64,000 nucleotides of DNA from Synechococcus sp. (GCA_047285305.1 JBJBDL010000003.1:1120001-1184000); one strand, 5' to 3'. Shown: positions 1 through 12,163, counted from the first letter of the stretch. Notes: generated by a model from the sequence alone, not told the origin. Program-made: numbers and translations.

Positions 1-1425
1 ACGGTGTGCGCTGTGGTTCTTGGGTTCGTTGGCCAACGGTTGCAGACCCCGTTGCTCGCGAAGCCTGTTGAGCCATGCCCGTCGCCAAGGGCCGTTGTCG
101 AGCAACCCGTGTAGGTAAGTGCCCACCACGCTCGAACCCTTGGGCCCGGGAGCCCACCACCCCAAACCAGGGTTGCTGCTCAGCGGCTGAAGACCGGGAT
201 CCGGGGTGGTGGTTCCGTAGTGAAGTTCAAATCCGCTCAGCGGTGTTTCCATGGGCCAGAGGCCATCGATGCTGCGCTGGCTCAGCCGTTTCGTGCCGCT
301 GAAGGTGGTTTCCAGGGGCAGGAGTCCCAGGCCGATCTGGGGTCCCCGCTGATCGGTGCCCTCCAGTCCCTCCGGATCGTTCAACGTTTTGCCCAGCATC
401 TGCATTCCGCCGCAGATGCCCAGGATGGATCCCCCAGCGTGGGCGTAGGCCCTGAGTTGATCGGCCAGTCCACAGCTGTTCAACGCCTCCAGATCCCGCA
501 GCGTCTGCTTGCTTCCCGGAAGAATCACGGCATCCGGCTCCCCCAGGGGTTCCCCGGGTTGAATCCAGCGCAGCTTCAGGCTGGCTTCGGCTTCGAGCGG
601 ATCGAGATCGGAGAAGTTGCTCAGGGAGGGCAACCGCAGCACAGCTATCTCCAGATCGGTGGCCCCGCGGGTGGGTTTGCGTTCCAGCAGATCGAGGGAA
701 TCTTCTGGTGGAAACAGCTCGTTGAGCCAGGGCATCACCCCCAGCACCGGTACCCCGGTGTTGGCTTCCAGCCATTGGCGACCCTCATCAAACAGCTCCC
801 GACGGCCGCGGAAGCGGTTGATCAGGATTCCTTTGATCAGTGGGCGCTCCACCGGGCGCAGCAAAGCGAGCGTCCCAACGATCTGGGCGAAGACGCCGCC
901 GCGCTCAATGTCGGCCACCAGCAGGCAGTTGGCCCGCAGGTACTGGGCCAGGCGCAGGTTGGTGAGGTCGCGGCGTTGCAGGTTCACTTCCACCGGGCTT
1001 CCCGCCCCCTCCAGCACCAGCCGGCCTTGCGGCCATTGCTGCTGGAGCTGCATCAGCCCAGTGCGGATCGCTTGCCAACCGGGGCGGAACCAGTCGCGGT
1101 AGTAGTGCTCGGCGCGGGCGATCCCCACGCTTTGGCCCCCATGGATCACCTCACTGGTGCTGTCTCCCCGGGGTTTCAGCAGCACGGGATTCATGGCGCA
1201 GCAGGGCTCAAGGCCCGCCGCCCAGGCCTGCATGGCCTGGGAGTAGGCCATCTCGCCGCCATCGGCATCCACCCAAGCGTTGTTGCTCATGTTCTGGCCC
1301 TTGAAGGGCAGTGCCTGTTCCCCACGGCGTTTGAGCACCCGGCACAACGCCGCCGTCATCAGCGATTTGCCGGCACCGCTGGAGGTGCCCAGCACCATCA
1401 GGGGTCGCGGCGTGGTGCGGGTCAC
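1..1425 (-). CDS. cobQ: cobyric acid synthase (3' end runs off window)
   Basis: Minus-strand reading from GTG at 1425 gives [31 protein letters not shown], the CobQ N-terminal P-loop; start overlaps stop of upstream gene (GTGA); absent from ORF track because no stop in window. Confidence 0.9.
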   Translation of the reverse strand, partial: MTRTTPRPLMVLGTSSGAGKSLMTAALCRVLKRRGEQALPFKGQNMSNNAWVDADGGEMAYSQAMQAWAAGLEPCCAMNPVLLKPRGDSTSEVIHGGQSVGIARAEHYYRDWFRPGWQAIRTGLMQLQQQWPQGRLVLEGAGSPVEVNLQRRDLTNLRLAQYLRANCLLVADIERGGVFAQIVGTLALLRPVERPLIKGILINRFRGRRELFDEGRQWLEANTGVPVLGVMPWLNELFPPEDSLDLLERKPTRGATDLEIAVLRLPSLSNFSDLDPLEAEASLKLRWIQPGEPLGEPDAVILPGSKQTLRDLEALNSCGLADQLRAYAHAGGSILGICGGMQMLGKTLNDPEGLEGTDQRGPQIGLGLLPLETTFSGTKRLSQRSIDGLWPMETPLSGFELHYGTTTPDPGLQPLSSNPGLGWWAPGPKGSSVVGTYLHGLLDNGPWRRAWLNRLREQRGLQPLANEPKNHSAHR

Positions 1426-1865
1426 AGCGGCCAGTGCCGACGCAGGCTGTGACGCAGACGCTCCAGCACCGAAATCGAACGCTGCAGGAGTTCAGGGTCG
1501 TCGTCGAGGAGTTGGCGACCCAGGGGTGTGAGCCTGAAGCGGCTGGTCAGCCCTTGCCCATCTACTTCCCGGCGGAGCACGCCCACGCTGATCAGCCAAC
1601 GCAGGTCGTCTTCGAGGGCTTCGCTGTTGCGGAACCAGCGTGTCTTGCGGCCGTAGCGGCTGGGTTCGCTCCAGAGTTCGCCAGCATCCAATCCTTGCTG
1701 CTGAAGATCCCGGTAGAGGGCTTCAGAGAAGGGCAGGCATCCCATGGCCCGGCAGGCCCGGTCACGGCTTCGTCGATCCAGCAGGTCGGTGGGGTGAGCG
1801 ATGGCAAAGCCTTCCGTCCCTGGCAGCCTACGGAGCGTTGTTCTGCGGTGTGTTCCCGTGCTCAT
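1422..1865 (-). CDS. conserved cyanobacterial protein (Npun_F0494-like)
   Basis: Motif [30 protein letters not shown]; true start may be downstream of 1865. Confidence 0.75.
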   Translation of the reverse strand: MSTGTHRRTTLRRLPGTEGFAIAHPTDLLDRRSRDRACRAMGCLPFSEALYRDLQQQGLDAGELWSEPSRYGRKTRWFRNSEALEDDLRWLISVGVLRREVDGQGLTSRFRLTPLGRQLLDDDPELLQRSISVLERLRHSLRRHWPL

Positions 1866-2430
1866 GCTTGCTTCCGCCTCGCCGGCGCGTCGCTGTTTGC
1901 TCGAGCAAGCGGGAATTCCGCATCAGGTGCGCGTCAGCGGTGTGGATGAAGACCAGATCCAGCATGCGGAGCCCGCAAAGCTGGTGAAATTGCTGGCTCA
2001 GGCCAAGGCCACAGCTGTCGCCCAGACGCTTGACCCGGTGGACGATGCCGAGATTACGGCTGTGCTGGGCTGTGATTCCGTGCTCAGTTTTGAAGGGCAG
2101 GTGTTCGGCAAGCCCTCAGGGCCAGCTGAGGCAATCGAGCGTTGGCAGCGGATGGCTGGCGGCTGCGGATCTCTGCTGACGGGCCATTGCCTGATCCGTC
2201 GCGGACAACCTGAGCATTTGGCGTGCGTGGAAACGGTGGTGCGCTTTGCCCCGCTCAGCCAGGCCGAGATCAAGGCCTACGTGGCCAGTGGAGAACCGCT
2301 GCAATGCGCTGGTGGGTTTGCCCTCGAGGGCCGCGGCGGCCTCTGCATCGATGGTTTGGATGGCTGTTATTCCAACGTGATCGGCCTGAGCCTTCCCTGG
2401 TTGCGTCAGCAGCTTTCAGCTTTGGCTTAG
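1858..2430 (+). CDS. maf: Maf family nucleoside triphosphate pyrophosphatase
   Basis: [10 protein letters not shown]-terminus, [15 protein letters not shown] and YSNVIGL motifs. Confidence 0.92.
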   Translation: MLMLASASPARRCLLEQAGIPHQVRVSGVDEDQIQHAEPAKLVKLLAQAKATAVAQTLDPVDDAEITAVLGCDSVLSFEGQVFGKPSGPAEAIERWQRMAGGCGSLLTGHCLIRRGQPEHLACVETVVRFAPLSQAEIKAYVASGEPLQCAGGFALEGRGGLCIDGLDGCYSNVIGLSLPWLRQQLSALA

Positions 2431-3080
2431 TGCAGCAGCAAATTTCGCGTTCCCGAAATCGCTTGCATGGCCAGCAGCACAGCCACCAGCAGATTGCTGC
2501 TGATGTGAATGCGCCTGGCCTGCACGGAATGACCAATCAAGGGCTGCAGTGCCGTCGTGCTCAGCAACAGAGCGGTGAGCAATATTCCCATCCAGAAATG
2601 GGACTGCCAGAACAGGGGGCTCCAGGGAACATCGCTGAATCGTTTCACAGCCGGTTGCAGCCCCAGCAGGAGCAGGCCGCACGCACTGGCAACAGCCCAG
2701 AGAAAGCGCTGCCAGACCAGCCGTGTCGCTAGCAGGCGCCCGAAGCCAAACATCACAGCGCAGCCTGTGACGAACAGACCCAGGGGATGGACGCTCCAGA
2801 GACTTTGGCTCAGGCCGATCAGCACCGCCACCAGCACCCCGCCGGTCACCCAGGCCCCATGCTGCGCGTGCTCCACCGGCACTGTGTCGCCAATCGGGTT
2901 GATCTTGAGCCGCTTTTCCCGCGCCAGGATCCCCAGCCGGATTGTGGCGCCCACCACCGGGTAGACGAACAGGATCATCAGTACGGGGTGGATCAATCCC
3001 AGCCAGTCGTGGCCGGTGAGTGTTTGCAGTGCCTCGGGATCAGCCAAAAAAAACGCAACCCTGGATCCAGGGTTGCGCAT
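2427..3080 (-). CDS. DUF4079-like membrane protein
   Basis: Multiple TM segments; HPVLM...H...SHFW...H pattern of this cyanobacterial family. Confidence 0.7.
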   Translation of the reverse strand: MRNPGSRVAFFLADPEALQTLTGHDWLGLIHPVLMILFVYPVVGATIRLGILAREKRLKINPIGDTVPVEHAQHGAWVTGGVLVAVLIGLSQSLWSVHPLGLFVTGCAVMFGFGRLLATRLVWQRFLWAVASACGLLLLGLQPAVKRFSDVPWSPLFWQSHFWMGILLTALLLSTTALQPLIGHSVQARRIHISSNLLVAVLLAMQAISGTRNLLLH

Positions 3081-3107
3081 CGTGGCGTTGTGAACTGCGG
3101 ATCTGGA

Positions 3108-3716
3108 TCAGACCTTGCGGGAGTAGTACTCCACAACCAGCAGTTCGTTGATCTCCAGGGCAACCCACTCGCGTTCGCAGCGGGCGGTGACCTTGGCGCT
3201 CAGCTTGGATTTGTCCAACTCGAGGTGGCTGGGCACGTTGGCCAGACCGGGGAACTCGAGGTTGGCTTCAGCCAGCTTCTTGCTGCACTTGCGCTCTCGG
3301 ATGGCGATCACATCGCCAGGCTTGCACTGGTAGCTGGCGATGTCGGTCACACGACCGTTCACTGTGACGTGGCCATGGTTCACCAGCTGACGGGCGCCCG
3401 GCACGGTGGGACCGAAGCCGAGGCGGAAACAAACATTGTCGAGACGGTTCTCGAGCAGCTTGAGCAGGTTGGTTCCGGTGGAACCTTCCTGGGCGCGCGC
3501 TTTCTTCACGTAGCGCACGAGCTGACGCTCGGAGACGCCGTAGTTGAAGCGAAGCTTTTGCTTCTCTTCGAGACGGATCGCGTATTCAGAGCGCTTGCGA
3601 CGGGCTTGGCCGTGCTGACCGGGGGGATAGGACCGTTTGGCGGCCTTCCGGGTGAGACCGGGGAGGTCTCCCAAGCGCCGCGTGATCCTCAGGCGAGGGC
3701 CGCGGTAACGAGACAT
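3108..3716 (-). CDS. rpsD: 30S ribosomal protein S4
   Basis: [24 protein letters not shown]...[11 protein letters not shown], 202 aa from ATG 3716. Confidence 0.98.
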
Positions 3717-3792
3717 AAGTAGGAAGGTGTGTGTTGAGATCGTGCGGTTGTTGGGCATGCTGGAACCGAAACAGCTCCAGGCATCTGCCGTG

Positions 3793-4071
3793 ATGCACGA
3801 ATCTGTCACTCTATCTGGCGGCCCGATGACCAAGCTGCGACAGGCGTTGAACCAGGCTCTGGCGGCTGTTCTCTTGGCAGGGATTGGTTTTTATCGGCGT
3901 TTCATCTCCCCGATGATCGGGCCCCGCTGCCGTTTCACGCCCACCTGCAGCGCCTATGGCCTTGAGGCCATCCAGAAGCATGGTCCCTGGAAGGGGGGCT
4001 GGCTCACTGTGAAACGGCTGCTGCGCTGCCATCCCTTCACGCCCTGTGGCTGTGACCCGGTGCCCGATTGA
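3793..4071 (+). CDS. yidD: membrane protein insertion efficiency factor
   Basis: [30 protein letters not shown] motif; start uncertain. Confidence 0.9.
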
Positions 4072-4343
4072 TGAAGCAGCTCACCTTGTACAGCCGCACT
4101 GGTTGCTGCCTTTGTGAAGGCCTTGAATCCCGCTTGCGCAACCTTGATCTCCTGGGGCTTTCGATCGAGCTGATCGTGATGGATATCGATGCGCCCGGCA
4201 CTCCCCAGGAGCTGAAGGCGCGCTACGACCTCGAGGTGCCCGTGCTCGCGCTCGATGGATCTGAGCTTCCCCGAGTTTCCCCGCGTCTTACGGGTGAGGG
4301 ACTGTTGAATTGGTTGCAACGCTGCCTGTCCACGGCGCTCTGA
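4068..4343 (+). CDS. glutaredoxin-like protein (DUF836)
   Basis: [10 protein letters not shown] and YDLEVPVL motifs. Confidence 0.85.
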   Translation: MMKQLTLYSRTGCCLCEGLESRLRNLDLLGLSIELIVMDIDAPGTPQELKARYDLEVPVLALDGSELPRVSPRLTGEGLLNWLQRCLSTAL

Positions 4344-4379
4344 ACGGCTTAAAACTCTCCCAAGCACAGGGGAGATGGG

Positions 4380-5885
4380 ATGACGAAGGTGTTGCATGCC
4401 CTGTTAAGTGATGCAGGAATCGCAGTGCCGCCGGGCCTTGTGAACCCTGGGTTGGAGGCGATCACCACCGATTCCCGTCGCGTCGGCCCTGGAACTCTGT
4501 TTCTCGGTCTCCCTGGCGAACGGGTGGATGGAGGCAGCTTCTGGGCCCAAGCCCTTGAGGCCGGGGCCGCCGCTGCCGTTATTGGAGCTGAAGCCGCTGC
4601 TGCGCAACCGCCAGCTGCTGATGACCCCGTGGTGGTGATCCAAGAGTCGGTGGCGCGTCGGATCGGTGAGATCGCCGCGGCGTACTGGGATAACCCCTGC
4701 AGGCGCATGGCCCTGATTGGTGTGACCGGCACCAATGGCAAAACCACCACCACCCATTTGATCGAGCATCTGGCCGCTTCGGCAGGTCAATCGGTGGGCT
4801 TGTTCGGCACGTTGGTTAACCGCTGGCCAGGCCACAGCATCACGGCCACCCACACAACGGCCTTTGCTGACCGCCTGCAGGGGCAACTCGACGAGGCTGC
4901 CTCCGCCGGTTGCGGCCTGGCGGCGATGGAGGTGAGTTCCCACGCCCTGGCGCAGCAGCGGGTGGCGGGCTGCCGTTTCGCAGGCGCCGTGTTCACCAAC
5001 CTCACGCAGGACCACCTCGATTACCACGCCTCTATGAAGGACTACTTCGAGGCCAAGGCATCGTTGTTTGCGGATCCTTTGCTGCTTGCCGACGGCGTGC
5101 GATCGGTGGTCAACAGCGATGACCCCTGGGGGGCGCGCCTGGCCGAACGGCTCGGTGCCGCCTGTTGGCGCAGCTCCTTGGAGGATCCATCGGCCGAGTT
5201 GCACATGAGCGACCTGCAGATGACGGCTGCTGGAGTGGATGGTCGCTTGATCAGCCCTGTGGGTGAGGGCCGTTTCCGTTCGCCTTTGTTGGGTCGCTTC
5301 AACCTGATGAACCTGCTGCAGGCGGTGGGGGTGCTGCTTCAGCAACAACTGCCCTTGTCTGTTCTGCTGGAGGCCATCGGCCGTTTCGGTGGTGTGCCCG
5401 GCCGCATGGAGCGGGTGATTTTGCACGGGGTGCAGGCCGACAACCTGCCTCCGGTACTGGTTGATTACGCCCACACACCTGATGGTCTGGACAACGCGCT
5501 TTCAGCAGCGCGTCCGTTCTGCACTGGGCGGCTTATCTGTGTGTTCGGTTGCGGTGGTGATCGGGATCGGGGCAAGCGTCCGCAGATGGCGGCGATTGCG
5601 GCACGCCTGGCTGACCGCGTGGTGGTCACCTCCGACAACCCCCGCACCGAGGATCCTCAGCAGATCCTGGATGACGTGGTGGCGGGGATTCCGGCCGGTA
5701 TCGATCTGCTGGTGGAGGGTGATCGAGCCAAGGCGATTGCCTCAGCCATTGCCGTAGCTGAGCCGAACGATCTGGTGCTGGTGGCCGGTAAGGGCCATGA
5801 GGATTACCAGATTCTCGGTACTGAAAAGGTGCACTTCGATGATCGCGAGGAGGCGGAACGCGCCCTGCGCATGAGGTTGTCTTGA
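4380..5885 (+). CDS. murE: UDP-N-acetylmuramoyl-L-alanyl-D-glutamate--2,6-diaminopimelate ligase
   Basis: [33 protein letters not shown] motifs. Confidence 0.97.
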   Translation: MTKVLHALLSDAGIAVPPGLVNPGLEAITTDSRRVGPGTLFLGLPGERVDGGSFWAQALEAGAAAAVIGAEAAAAQPPAADDPVVVIQESVARRIGEIAAAYWDNPCRRMALIGVTGTNGKTTTTHLIEHLAASAGQSVGLFGTLVNRWPGHSITATHTTAFADRLQGQLDEAASAGCGLAAMEVSSHALAQQRVAGCRFAGAVFTNLTQDHLDYHASMKDYFEAKASLFADPLLLADGVRSVVNSDDPWGARLAERLGAACWRSSLEDPSAELHMSDLQMTAAGVDGRLISPVGEGRFRSPLLGRFNLMNLLQAVGVLLQQQLPLSVLLEAIGRFGGVPGRMERVILHGVQADNLPPVLVDYAHTPDGLDNALSAARPFCTGRLICVFGCGGDRDRGKRPQMAAIAARLADRVVVTSDNPRTEDPQQILDDVVAGIPAGIDLLVEGDRAKAIASAIAVAEPNDLVLVAGKGHEDYQILGTEKVHFDDREEAERALRMRLS

Positions 5886-5918
5886 GGCAAGGTGCTTGAC
5901 GCGGTTGATCTGAGCCGA

Positions 5919-7100
5919 TCAAAGGTCGCTGATCGCGGCCACCAAAGCGTTGATGTCGTCGTCTGTGGTGGCGATGTGGGTGCAGGCCCTCAAGCAACTG
6001 GGGTCCGCTAAATCGCGAATCCACAGCCCTTGGGCACCCAACTGCTTCACATGCTCTGCAGGGGGCACATCGCCGTTGATCTGAAAGCTCACCAGTCCGC
6101 TGGCGGGTGCCACATTTAGTAGAGGTTTGACTGCCTTCAGCCTTTGGAGTGCCTGCCAGAGGCTGCTGCTGAGGGCTCGAATGCGGTCCCAGCGTTGTTG
6201 CGGTGATCCTTCTTGTTCCAGCAGTTGAAGTGAGCTGCGCAGGCCGGCCATCAGGGGCACACAGCTGGTTGCTACCTCAAAGCGGCGGCTGTCGTGATGA
6301 AACAGATCAGTGCTGCTCAGATCGGCTTTGCTTTCATCACGCAGGCTGCGCCAACCGATCACGGTTGGAGACGCCTCGGCCATCACACGCTCTGAAAGAG
6401 CCACGCCCCCCAGGCCTTCTGGTCCACAGGCCCACTTGTGCCCGGTAAAGGCATAGATGTCCGCTGCAGAAGCCGCGTCCTCGACGGTGATCTGTCCAAA
6501 GCTTTGGGCCGCATCTACTAATAGAAAAGGTTGTTGGGGATGCTGATGGAGTTGCTTGGCGACGGTGGCAATCGGCATCACCTGGCCGGTGTTCCAGAGC
6601 AGATGGCTCAGCACCACCAGACGGGTGCGGGGGGTGAGGGTTTGATCAATCGCCTCGACCACGGCGGCATCGCATTGGGTCTGATCACCCCGCAGCTGCT
6701 TCACCGGCAGCACATCGATGGCCAGGTTCTGGCGCTGGGCCAGTTCCATGCAGGCACTCACAACACCGGGGTGCTCGCAGTCGCTGATCAGCAGCCGGTC
6801 CCCTTCGGTAAAGGGCAATCCCCAGAGCGGCAGCACGCAGCCGCTGGTGACGTTTTCGGTGAGGGCAAGCCGATGGGGCGGAACACCGCAGCACTGGGCC
6901 AGAAGGCGGCGGGTGCTGTTCACCTCTTTGGCGATGTAGGGCCAAACATCTGCAGTGAACGGCCCCAACTCCTGAATGCGTGTCCAGCTTGCGGTGATCG
7001 CCTCAAGGGATGGATTGGGCAAAGGCCCTTGGCCGCCGTAGTTGAAGTAGGTCTTGTTCTGCAGGGCAGGACACAGTGATCGCAACTCTTTTGTGCCCAT
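5919..7100 (-). CDS. class V PLP-dependent aminotransferase (cystine lyase/CefD-like)
   Basis: YFNYGGQGP, VDAAQS, FTGHKWACGPEG PLP-lysine motif. Confidence 0.9.
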   Translation of the reverse strand: MGTKELRSLCPALQNKTYFNYGGQGPLPNPSLEAITASWTRIQELGPFTADVWPYIAKEVNSTRRLLAQCCGVPPHRLALTENVTSGCVLPLWGLPFTEGDRLLISDCEHPGVVSACMELAQRQNLAIDVLPVKQLRGDQTQCDAAVVEAIDQTLTPRTRLVVLSHLLWNTGQVMPIATVAKQLHQHPQQPFLLVDAAQSFGQITVEDAASAADIYAFTGHKWACGPEGLGGVALSERVMAEASPTVIGWRSLRDESKADLSSTDLFHHDSRRFEVATSCVPLMAGLRSSLQLLEQEGSPQQRWDRIRALSSSLWQALQRLKAVKPLLNVAPASGLVSFQINGDVPPAEHVKQLGAQGLWIRDLADPSCLRACTHIATTDDDINALVAAISDL

Positions 7101-7159
7101 CTGGCTTTTGGCTGGCTAGAGTGTGACAAAGGGTTCCCTTCCGGAAGCATCCGACATAC

Positions 7160-8042
7160 GTGCGTAAAGCACGCATTGGGTACCAGTCGCAGCGTGGCGT
7201 TCCGAAGGACGTTCAGCCAGTCATAGGTAAAACGATTTGGGTTGACCTGCGGGGTCGACCTATCGGGTCGCCAAGCGTCTCTCGCCAGCTTTTGCGGCCA
7301 AGACCGACCGGCTCATTGCTGAGGCTCAAAATGAGGTGTTGCTCACGGGTGAGGAGCTGATTGATTCGCTGCCTCAACGGTTTGACCTCAAAGATTTCGA
7401 AATTGTCGATCTGTTGCTTTAAGGCTCTGGTGTCGCCGTCGAAGAAGGTTTTATCACTCCCCAGCAAGAGAGCAGATATAGAGCTGCTCTGAGGGGAGAG
7501 GAGTCGCCTCAACAACACTTGTTGAAGGACGAGTTGATCCAGCAGGCCAAGGCCCTTAAGTCGCCTGCAGCGCGGACCGAGATGAGTTGGAAGAGTGCTT
7601 TAGACGGTTTCTTGGAACACGCAGGGGTCACTCACCCAACCGCTGCCACCAAGCAAGACGCCATTGCCTATCGATCCTGGTTGTTGGGACGCCTCAATCC
7701 TTCAACTGTCAAAACGCAACTCGCCTTTATGAACGGTCTATTCCGATTCATCCAAGGCTCAAGGCTTTGGTTGTCGATCTGCGAAAGAAGAATGGGCTTT
7801 TATGGCCAGCTCAGTATCAGGAATCAAACAAATGTCGGGGTGGCAGCCTATCGAAACCATGCAGGAAAATAGTTGGAATGACTCCTAAAGATTTTAGAGA
7901 CCGTGCTGCAACGGTATTCCGCTCAAATAATATGAATGAAGCTGTTGTCGTTACATTGCTCGGGCATACACTCAATTCAATTTTAATGTCATATGGCGCT
8001 GTGCCATGGAGCGAGCTTAAAAGCGCCGTAAAGCTCCTCTAA
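7160..8042 (+). pseudogene. fragmented tyrosine recombinase/integrase
   Basis: Three frames: RGVPKDVQPVIGK (DUF6538-like N-terminus), YRSWLLGRLNPSTVKTQLA (core-binding region), ERSIPIHP...KDFRD...LLGHT...SY (catalytic boxes). Confidence 0.75.
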
Positions 8043-8789
8043 GGCCTCTGTCTATGGTTAAACGATAATCCATCGCGAAGTGCTTATCTCTTGCTGTGGG
8101 GCTTCCTGGGCGGCTCTCAGTAATAGGGCATTGAAACAGGGGAACAGCCGAAGGCTTTCCACCATCATCAAAGAAAAGATGATCAAAAACTCGTGGATTG
8201 GAATCCACGTAAAAGAAATGGGTGACTCTGAATGCCTTCGGGAGTAGGTCGTCATTCGCGTTGTCAGACGCCAGGGAAATCAAGCCTTCAGGCAGCTTGT
8301 TGTAGTACCCGTTATCTGATCTTGTCAGCGTGACGTCTTAACACAGAGGCACCACCATGAACTCAAGTGAAATCGTCCTCTATGGAGTATTCATTTGATT
8401 CGTGTTTGCGGAGTACTTGCGGAGCCTGCGGCAAAACATACCAGGCCGAATCTAAGTGAATTCCTGGATGAATATTGCTAGGAATAATTAAAAAGTGATG
8501 AGTTGCATAATGGTGTTTCAAGAGCCCATCGATCTTATGTTTGTTGAGATGAGTGGAGCCAGTGAAAGTGGAATGATCGATGTATTAACTAGTCCTCTCA
8601 AGAGCAGCAGGTCTGCTCAGCTCGTCCTTGATAAACCCAGCGACTCCTGCAACCAATGGAATCGTCATACCAGCAACCGCAAGCAGAGCCATGGCTTGAA
8701 TGAACCATTTGGGTGAGAGTGTTTTGTCTTCCATTAGTCAGTTTTATCTTGTATTGAATAGATGCACAACATGATCGACCTCAAGTGCC

Positions 8790-9305
8790 CTAACGCATGT
8801 TTTCTCCGGTCTTGCAGTCCATCACGTTGCGAATTCGACCACCAAAGGAGTTTGTATTAGCTCGTGGCAATTCTCGAACGGAGTACTCGATCTGGAGGGT
8901 TTCAAAGTTCCGATTGTGAACCTTGAAGCTGCCCAGATCCTTGATGGTGGCCTTAAGTGATTTCTCACATGCAGCCATGGCTTGTTCACGCGCTTTACGC
9001 GCATCAGCCATTGCTATGCGTTCTTCCTCCGCCTTTTTGGCGGCTTCAAACTTCTCAGCGAACCGAGAGATGTATTCCTCGTTGGTGATTCGGGAAATAT
9101 CGAATCCCTCATAGAGGAGGGAGTTGCGTTCGAGCAATGCCTCGCAGTCTTTTGCTTTGCCGTCATTACAGCCCTTGATTTCACCCCCTGTCGGCACCTT
9201 GCCAAGGATCGCGAAAGTGATCCCGGCGGATGAGATGGCAATAAATGCCTTTCTAACCAGATCAAGAAAGTCTTTTTTCTTCTTGGCTGTCGCTTCCTCT
9301 GCCAT
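8790..9305 (-). CDS. hypothetical membrane-anchored protein
   Basis: N-terminal TM, charged linker, C-terminal CEKSLK..KDLGS..NSFGG domain. Confidence 0.6.
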   Translation of the reverse strand: MAEEATAKKKKDFLDLVRKAFIAISSAGITFAILGKVPTGGEIKGCNDGKAKDCEALLERNSLLYEGFDISRITNEEYISRFAEKFEAAKKAEEERIAMADARKAREQAMAACEKSLKATIKDLGSFKVHNRNFETLQIEYSVRELPRANTNSFGGRIRNVMDCKTGENMR

Positions 9306-9404
9306 GACGACGTGAAATCTGCTCCAAGGATGGCAGTGACTAAGCCCCTTGGAGTAATTTGCGTTGGGTGGTAGGAGATGACCCACCTCATGATGCCTGT
9401 CCCA

Positions 9405-9748
9405 TTACCGAACCTCTGTCCAAGGACATTGATCGGCATGCCTCCAGCAGACCTCTGCGTGACCAGTGGCGACCATCTCCCGCTGAACATTCGTCTCCCC
9501 AACTAATATCTCTGCCACGGTGCGTCCGTAGCTGTCTTCGGTGATGCGTTGAATTCCGGCCTTCTTGCCCACCACCAGACCTCTCAGATGGTCGCGAGCC
9601 GCTTTGGCTGGCACCGGCTCTGCTCTTTCTCGCGGAGTTCAGTGGTGTCGATGCAGGCGATTCAAACCTTTTCACTGGTTTTGGTGGTGCAGGTATCTCC
9701 GTCGTAGCAGGAGGCGATCACAGCAGATGCAAAGGCTGCAAGGAGCAT
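9405..9748 (-). pseudogene. thermonuclease (SNase) pseudogene
   Basis: MLLAAFASAVIASCYDGDTCTT...V*IACIDTTE, then after a frameshift DSYGRTVAE..NVQREMVATGHA; in-frame TGA at 9662-9664. Confidence 0.8.
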
Positions 9749-9765
9749 CAATAATTTGGTGGAGC

Positions 9766-9966
9766 CTAATACTCGCCGGGAATGCCAAATCTATCTCTAC
9801 ATTTATTGACATCAGCTTTGTATTCGATCCACTTATCGTTGATGTCAGATGCCTTTTTGATGCACTCATTATAAGTATTTGGTTCTCTCACCATCTTCTG
9901 ATCTTTTTCCTTGGCTATGACTGGGATGGTTGCCAAGAAAATAATTATGATCAAAGACGCCTTCAT
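9766..9966 (-). CDS. small secreted hypothetical protein
   Basis: Signal-peptide-like N-terminus, two Cys. Confidence 0.5.
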   Translation of the reverse strand: MKASLIIIIFLATIPVIAKEKDQKMVREPNTYNECIKKASDINDKWIEYKADVNKCRDRFGIPGEY

Positions 9967-10176
9967 TGCTTAGTTTTTCGACAGTTGATGCCTTCATTAT
10001 CTCGTCTTTTGGAAATCTAGCAACTTCTGCTGCTGATCCATTGTTCATGCCCTCGATGGGAGTTCAGTCATGGCTTGGATGAAAATTTTGGTGGGATGGG
10101 CTTCACTTTTATTGCTGTCTGCATCTGCTTGAAGGCAGGGTTATAGCAGGTAAATTTGTGCTTAGTTCGTCTTATT

Positions 10177-10281
10177 TTATCGCTGCTTGATTCTGTAAGA
10201 GCGATCAACCTGAGCCATTGCGAGGTTGTAGGCGAGAGCGGCGATGCCTACCCCCAGCAAGCAGGTCAGAAAATCAGCCAT
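10177..10281 (-). CDS. small hydrophobic peptide (34 aa)
   Basis: Manual translation MADFLTCLLGVGIAALAYNLAMAQVDRSYRIKQR; starts 3 nt after previous stop. Confidence 0.35.
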   Translation of the reverse strand: MADFLTCLLGVGIAALAYNLAMAQVDRSYRIKQR

Positions 10282-10284
10282 GAT

Positions 10285-10458
10285 CTACTTCTTGAATAGG
10301 GAACGCCAGGCGACATAGCTGCCGCCACCAAGCAGGACTAGGGGAAAGATCATCTTGCTGAAGGCCAGCAGGATGACTCCACCAAGGCTGATCAGCCCTA
10401 CCTTCTTAATCATGGCCTGACTTTCGTCAGTCATTGTTTCCCACTTGACCCTGGCCAT
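10285..10458 (-). CDS. small two-TM membrane protein (57 aa)
   Basis: Manual translation MARVKWETMTDESQAMIKKVGLISLGGVILLAFSKMIFPLVLLGGGSYVAWRSLFKK. Confidence 0.5.
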   Translation of the reverse strand: MARVKWETMTDESQAMIKKVGLISLGGVILLAFSKMIFPLVLLGGGSYVAWRSLFKK

Positions 10459-10881
10459 AAAGACATTGAGGATTTAGATCTCTTTTTAGTTGCCATTGGC
10501 TTTGGGTGCCACGGCCTCTTCCCACGAGCTCATGCCACGTTGCTTCGTTTGAGCGCTAACCCCAGTCCCCTGAAAAGAGTTTTGTCTTGGTGGCGGTTAA
10601 GTGAGGCATGTCCTCTATGAGGTGCTGGGCTGCCCACACCCCTCGGACTACGCGGCATACACCTTCCTGGTCGCAGACCCTGTAGTACTCGAAGCCTTGT
10701 GGAGTGCTGGTGAGTTTGGTTGCTCTCATGTCATTGGTCCCAGCTGACCCAATAACTAGGCAGCAGGACTAGTCTTGACTGAGTAGACCGAGACAGAGTG
10801 TTCGGTTCGTTGCAAGCCTTGGACAGCTAACGGGCTTAACCGTATCGAGTAAGCCTCGACAAACATCATTTGAGAGCAGCT

Positions 10882-11592
10882 TTACTCAGACCATGGGTCC
10901 GATTTGGATTCATCTTGGGCCGCCTCACGTGCAGCGATGATTTCCTTGGCTTCTTGCTTCCAGGCCAATCCAATCGGATCGCCTTCCATCTTCAGGAGAT
11001 ATTCAGCCTGGGCAGCGAAGTAATCCTCTCTCGTGATCTGTCCAGCCTTGATGAGGATTAAGGCTCGGACGACATGGCCGTGGCAGTCATAAGGAGCTCC
11101 TTCTCCGATGAAGCCCCCTCCATTTTTTCGGCTGAACTCGCGGGAGTCCGAAACCAAGTCGATGGTTTTGCCTGCGATTACCTCTGCAGCACGCGCACGC
11201 AACCAACGGTCAGCCCCGTCGGGCATGTTCCCCTTCTGGAGCCACTCATCCCAGACGTAGTCGCGGTAAGCATCAATCTGCTGTTCGCGCGTCCAATCTG
11301 GCTTCTTTTCCTCGAAGAAGTTGCTTACAGGCGATTGTTCACGGCTGATGAAGTACCTCCGTGCCAGATCGGGACGCTGGAGCGATCTCGTCCCACGGTT
11401 ACCTTTTTGTGTAGTTGCACCAACCCAGTCAGACCGAGTATCCGTTCTTCCCATAACTGCGATCGGATCGATCTCGTCGTCATAAGTTTCATCCCAAGCG
11501 GATGGGCTGCCAACGACAGCCTCGGCAATCCAGGACAGCATTTCTTTGCTGTTCGTTCGCCAGTCCCATTTTTTGGCCCTATTGCTCGTCAT
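10882..11592 (-). CDS. hypothetical protein, DUF4326-like
   Basis: SPVSNFF..REQQIDAYRDY..GKTIDL..CHGHVV resembles the DUF4326 pattern (GNPF..Y..W..L.C..CHG). Confidence 0.55.
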   Translation of the reverse strand: MTSNRAKKWDWRTNSKEMLSWIAEAVVGSPSAWDETYDDEIDPIAVMGRTDTRSDWVGATTQKGNRGTRSLQRPDLARRYFISREQSPVSNFFEEKKPDWTREQQIDAYRDYVWDEWLQKGNMPDGADRWLRARAAEVIAGKTIDLVSDSREFSRKNGGGFIGEGAPYDCHGHVVRALILIKAGQITREDYFAAQAEYLLKMEGDPIGLAWKQEAKEIIAAREAAQDESKSDPWSE

Positions 11593-12163
11593 CGGCGTTT
11601 TCGGATCACTTCGTTTTCCTGGAGCTTTCTCTATGTATCTAGTTCCTGGTGAAGCGTAGTCGGTCGCTTCTATTGGCTAGTGACAAAGTGGCACAGCTTA
11701 TTACTACATCGCATTCACTTTGTTTTCACTCATTCTGGACCTCCTCTTGGCCAGCATGATCAATGTGTTCGAGTAGTGGCGCCCATTGCCCCATCCAGTG
11801 ATTGATCTTCTCTGGCTTGCGGTTGCCGAGCTACGTCTCCGGCCAGTGTTGTAGACGCGATTCACGATCCGTTGCTAGGAATGAAAGTGAGACGAGATGG
11901 CCAGGAAAATGGCGGTCTTGGCTCAGGTGATCTGCTCTATGAGCTGCAGTGGATCACCTTGACGTGAACTGGTCGGGACAGAGCCTAGCTGCAGTCCCTG
12001 ATCTCGACCCATTGCTAGTGCGCCATTGCTGTGTTCGTCTTGAAGTGACATAGTTTTTTCTGTTACTCGGAGTTCAGCCGCTCCTCACCCCTTTGCATTG
12101 TCTGGCGCTTCGTGAAAGTTGCGATCCTTTTGCGGCCTAGGATATTGGTAGCGATATTGAGCT

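Noticed and set aside
220..1452. 410-aa plus-strand ORF
   Set aside because: Antisense shadow of cobQ; other long ORFs opposite murE, lepA, rpsD, ilvC and clpP were rejected for the same reason
7114..11687. GTGACAAAG repeats near 7123 and 11680 as integrase arm sites
   Set aside because: Too short and too few to distinguish from chance
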